Part shown: piece after piece, positions 5,882-7,049 of the stretch
Layout of the letters: each line of letters opens with the position of its first letter
How positions within the stretch are numbered: position 1 is the first letter of the stretch
NCBI RefSeq assembly: GCF_003231495.1
Contig: NZ_PQWO01000051.1
Span: 1 to 7,049, forward strand
DNA from: Acaryochloris thomasi RCC1774
GTDB taxonomy: Bacteria; Cyanobacteriota; Cyanobacteriia; Thermosynechococcales; Thermosynechococcaceae
Reading direction: 5' to 3'
Length of the DNA: 7,049 nucleotides
Program-made: the position numbers and the translations under genes
The notes under the pieces: generated by a model
Told to the model about the DNA's origin: nothing
What the model saw: only the letters and a program-made list of their open reading frames with translations
Databases searched by the model: none

Positions 5882-5899
5882 ACAGGGCTGTTTTAAATT
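5882..5899. repeat. Left terminal inverted repeat (IRL) of the ISAs1-family element
   Basis: Matches the reverse complement of 7032-7049 at 16/18 positions. Confidence 0.8.
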
Positions 5900-5918
5900 T
5901 CCCGTAGAAAAATTAGGA

Positions 5919-5945
5919 TCAATCCACATCACGATAGTGGATTGA
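5919..5945 (+). promoter_or_regulatory. Stem-loop (9-bp perfect stem, 9-nt loop) ending 3 nt before the ISAs1 transposase ATG; possible occlusion of the translation-initiation region
   Basis: TCAATCCAC (5919-5927) is the exact reverse complement of GTGGATTGA (5937-5945), with loop ATCACGATA. The only SD-like purines (GGA, 5939-5941) lie inside the 3' arm. The ATG is at 5949. Confidence 0.4.
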
Positions 5946-5948
5946 CCC

Positions 5949-6512
5949 ATGAGCACCCTTATAGAAGAACTGAAACAAGTCCCTGATTTCCGCAAATCCC
6001 ATGGCAGATCTCACCCGCTGTGGATTCTGCTGCTATTGATAGTCATGGGCATCCTAGCCGGATATCAGGGGTATCGTCCTCTACACACATTTGCCGAAGA
6101 GCATCAACATGCTTTGTGTGAACTATTTGGGCTTAAGCAGTTGAAAGTCCCTTCCCACTCAACGTTTCGGCGCGTGATGATGGGCATTGACTTCCTTGCC
6201 CTCTCTCACCAATTCGAAGCATGGATGCTATCGCAGCAACAGACTCACTCACCAGATAATCATATTGCCTCCATTGACGGTAAACGTATTCGTCAGCGTC
6301 TTACTGATGAGAACGGTAAGCAGCGCTTTGTCGGATTGGTTAGTCTATATGCCGTCGAAGCGGGCATCACGCTCAAGCTTGAGGCACTCACTCAGCAGGA
6401 CAATAGCGAGATTAAGGTGGTTCAGACTCTGTTAGAAACGCTGCAGGTAGAGGGATTGCTACTCACGATGGATGCCTTACACGCACAAAAAAACGCTTCA
6501 ACAAATCCTTGA
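5949..6512 (+). CDS. ISAs1-family transposase, N-terminal part (DDE_Tnp_1-associated domain plus the first half of the DDE domain); frame lost at an A7 run
   Basis: Family motifs are as listed for the element. The frame reads ...TMDALHAQKNASTNP* after the A7 run at 6487-6493. Confidence 0.85.
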   Translation: MSTLIEELKQVPDFRKSHGRSHPLWILLLLIVMGILAGYQGYRPLHTFAEEHQHALCELFGLKQLKVPSHSTFRRVMMGIDFLALSHQFEAWMLSQQQTHSPDNHIASIDGKRIRQRLTDENGKQRFVGLVSLYAVEAGITLKLEALTQQDNSEIKVVQTLLETLQVEGLLLTMDALHAQKNASTNP

Positions 6513-7038
6513 TTCAGACAATGACTATTTAGTGGCAGTCAAAAGTAATCAGGGTCGTCTTTACCAGCACCTACAGACCTATACTCAATACCTCAAGCCG
6601 ATAGCTGAGCACACCCATCGCCAACACCAGAGAGGGCGAAACGAACATCGTTGCATCAAGGTCTATCGTCCAGTGGGTTTAGCGTTAGAAGAGTGGGAGG
6701 CGATTGAGTCTGTACTCTGTGTCGAGCGATGGGGCACTCGTAAAGGCAAGGACTATCACCACAGGGCCTATTACATCAGTTCGGTATTGACCTCACCTCA
6801 ACAGTGGCAATCGCTAGTCCGCGAGCATTGGGGAATAGAGAACCGGTTGCATTGGCCAAAGGATGTTGTCTTTGGCGAAGATGATTATCGACTTGAAGAT
6901 GAACAAGCACTACTCAATTGGTCGTTGCTCAGAACAATTGTGATTAATCTGCTGAGATTGAATGGCTTCCAATCGCTCAAAGCCGCTATGACAAAGCTTG
7001 CTAATCGGGTTGATGTTATTTTTTCGCTGTTAACTTAA
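6472..7038 (+). CDS. ISAs1-family transposase, C-terminal part (+1 frame relative to the N-terminal part)
   Basis: From the A-run onward the translation reads ...KKTLQQILDSDNDYLVAVKSNQGRLY...REHWGIENRLHWPKDVVFGEDDYRLEDEQALLNWSLLRTIVINLLR, a typical IS4/ISAs1-type C-terminal DDE region. Deleting one A from A7 gives the continuous sequence DALHAQKTLQQIL. The ATG at 6472 is probably not a genuine start. Confidence 0.85.
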   Translation: MPYTHKKTLQQILDSDNDYLVAVKSNQGRLYQHLQTYTQYLKPIAEHTHRQHQRGRNEHRCIKVYRPVGLALEEWEAIESVLCVERWGTRKGKDYHHRAYYISSVLTSPQQWQSLVREHWGIENRLHWPKDVVFGEDDYRLEDEQALLNWSLLRTIVINLLRLNGFQSLKAAMTKLANRVDVIFSLLT

Positions 7039-7049
7039 AACAACCCTGT
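7032..7049. repeat. Right terminal inverted repeat (IRR) of the ISAs1-family element; coincides with the window end
   Basis: Matches the reverse complement of 5882-5899 at 16/18 positions. Confidence 0.8.

Larger units (their letters stand above)
5882..7049 (+). mobile_element. ISAs1-family insertion sequence (~1168 bp) with 18-bp terminal inverted repeats; transposase frameshifted
   Basis: IRL is ACAGGGCTGTTTTAAATT (5882-5899). The reverse complement of IRR is ACAGGGTTGTTTTAAGTT (7032-7049), matching at 16/18. The encoded protein has the ISAs1-type N-terminal domain (VPDFRKSHGRSHPLWILLLLIVMGILAGYQGYRPLHTFAEEH...VPSHSTFRRV) and a DDE domain (IASIDGKRIR; LTMDALHAQK; YLVAVKSNQGRLY; REHWGIENRLHWPKDVVFGEDDYR). 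The stop codon at 7036-7038 lies inside IRR. Confidence 0.9.

Noticed and set aside
5878-5885. The octamer CTGGACAG just outside and across the ISAs1 IRL also occurs as the reverse complement of window positions 6-13, inside the IS1-family IR
   Set aside because: An 8-nt match between two positions in 7 kb is within chance expectation, and the match does not extend. There is no evidence for a shared recombination site.
6187-6435. 82-aa plus-strand ORF overlapping the ISAs1 transposase N-terminal part in another frame
   Set aside because: It is fully nested in the transposase reading frame, which has strong family motifs. The alternative-frame translation is Ser/Leu/Arg-rich, as is typical of off-frame artefacts.
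2-7049. Composite transposon formed by the two flanking IS elements
   Set aside because: The two elements belong to different families (IS1 and ISAs1) with unrelated IRs, and both transposase frames are broken. Neither transposase could act on both ends.
1-7049. CRISPR arrays, tRNA/rRNA genes, integrase or recombinase genes, att-like direct repeats flanking the AT-rich cassette, and cyanobacterial HIP1 (GCGATCGC) palindromes
   Set aside because: Scanning both strands, I found no regularly spaced direct repeats, no cloverleaf-compatible or rRNA-like segments, and no tyrosine or serine recombinase ORF. The only similarity between the cassette boundaries is an 8-nt TTATTGTT match. I also saw no GCGATCGC occurrence.

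Overview
The window has three parts. (1) Positions 2-1069 hold a roughly 1.07 kb IS1-family insertion sequence on the minus strand. Its transposase is split by a frame break at a 7-nt homopolymer, and it has inserted into a DUF29-family gene, leaving a remnant at 1070-1341. (2) Positions ~1342-5881 are a markedly AT-rich block made almost entirely of one tightly packed minus-strand operon of three long ORFs (331, 340 and 762 aa). I cannot place any of them in a known protein family by eye. (3) Positions 5882-7049 hold an ISAs1-family insertion sequence on the plus strand with clear terminal inverted repeats. Its transposase is also broken by one extra base in a 7-nt homopolymer. Both window edges fall within 1 nt of IS termini. 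The main lead is the IS-bracketed, compositionally foreign three-gene cassette, which I propose as a candidate uncharacterised conflict or defence-type system. Its layout is a putative small effector-like protein, a helical protein, and a large protein with a TPR-like C-terminal half. All functional statements about these three proteins are motif-level inference made without database searches and should be treated as hypotheses. I found no rRNA, tRNA or CRISPR array.
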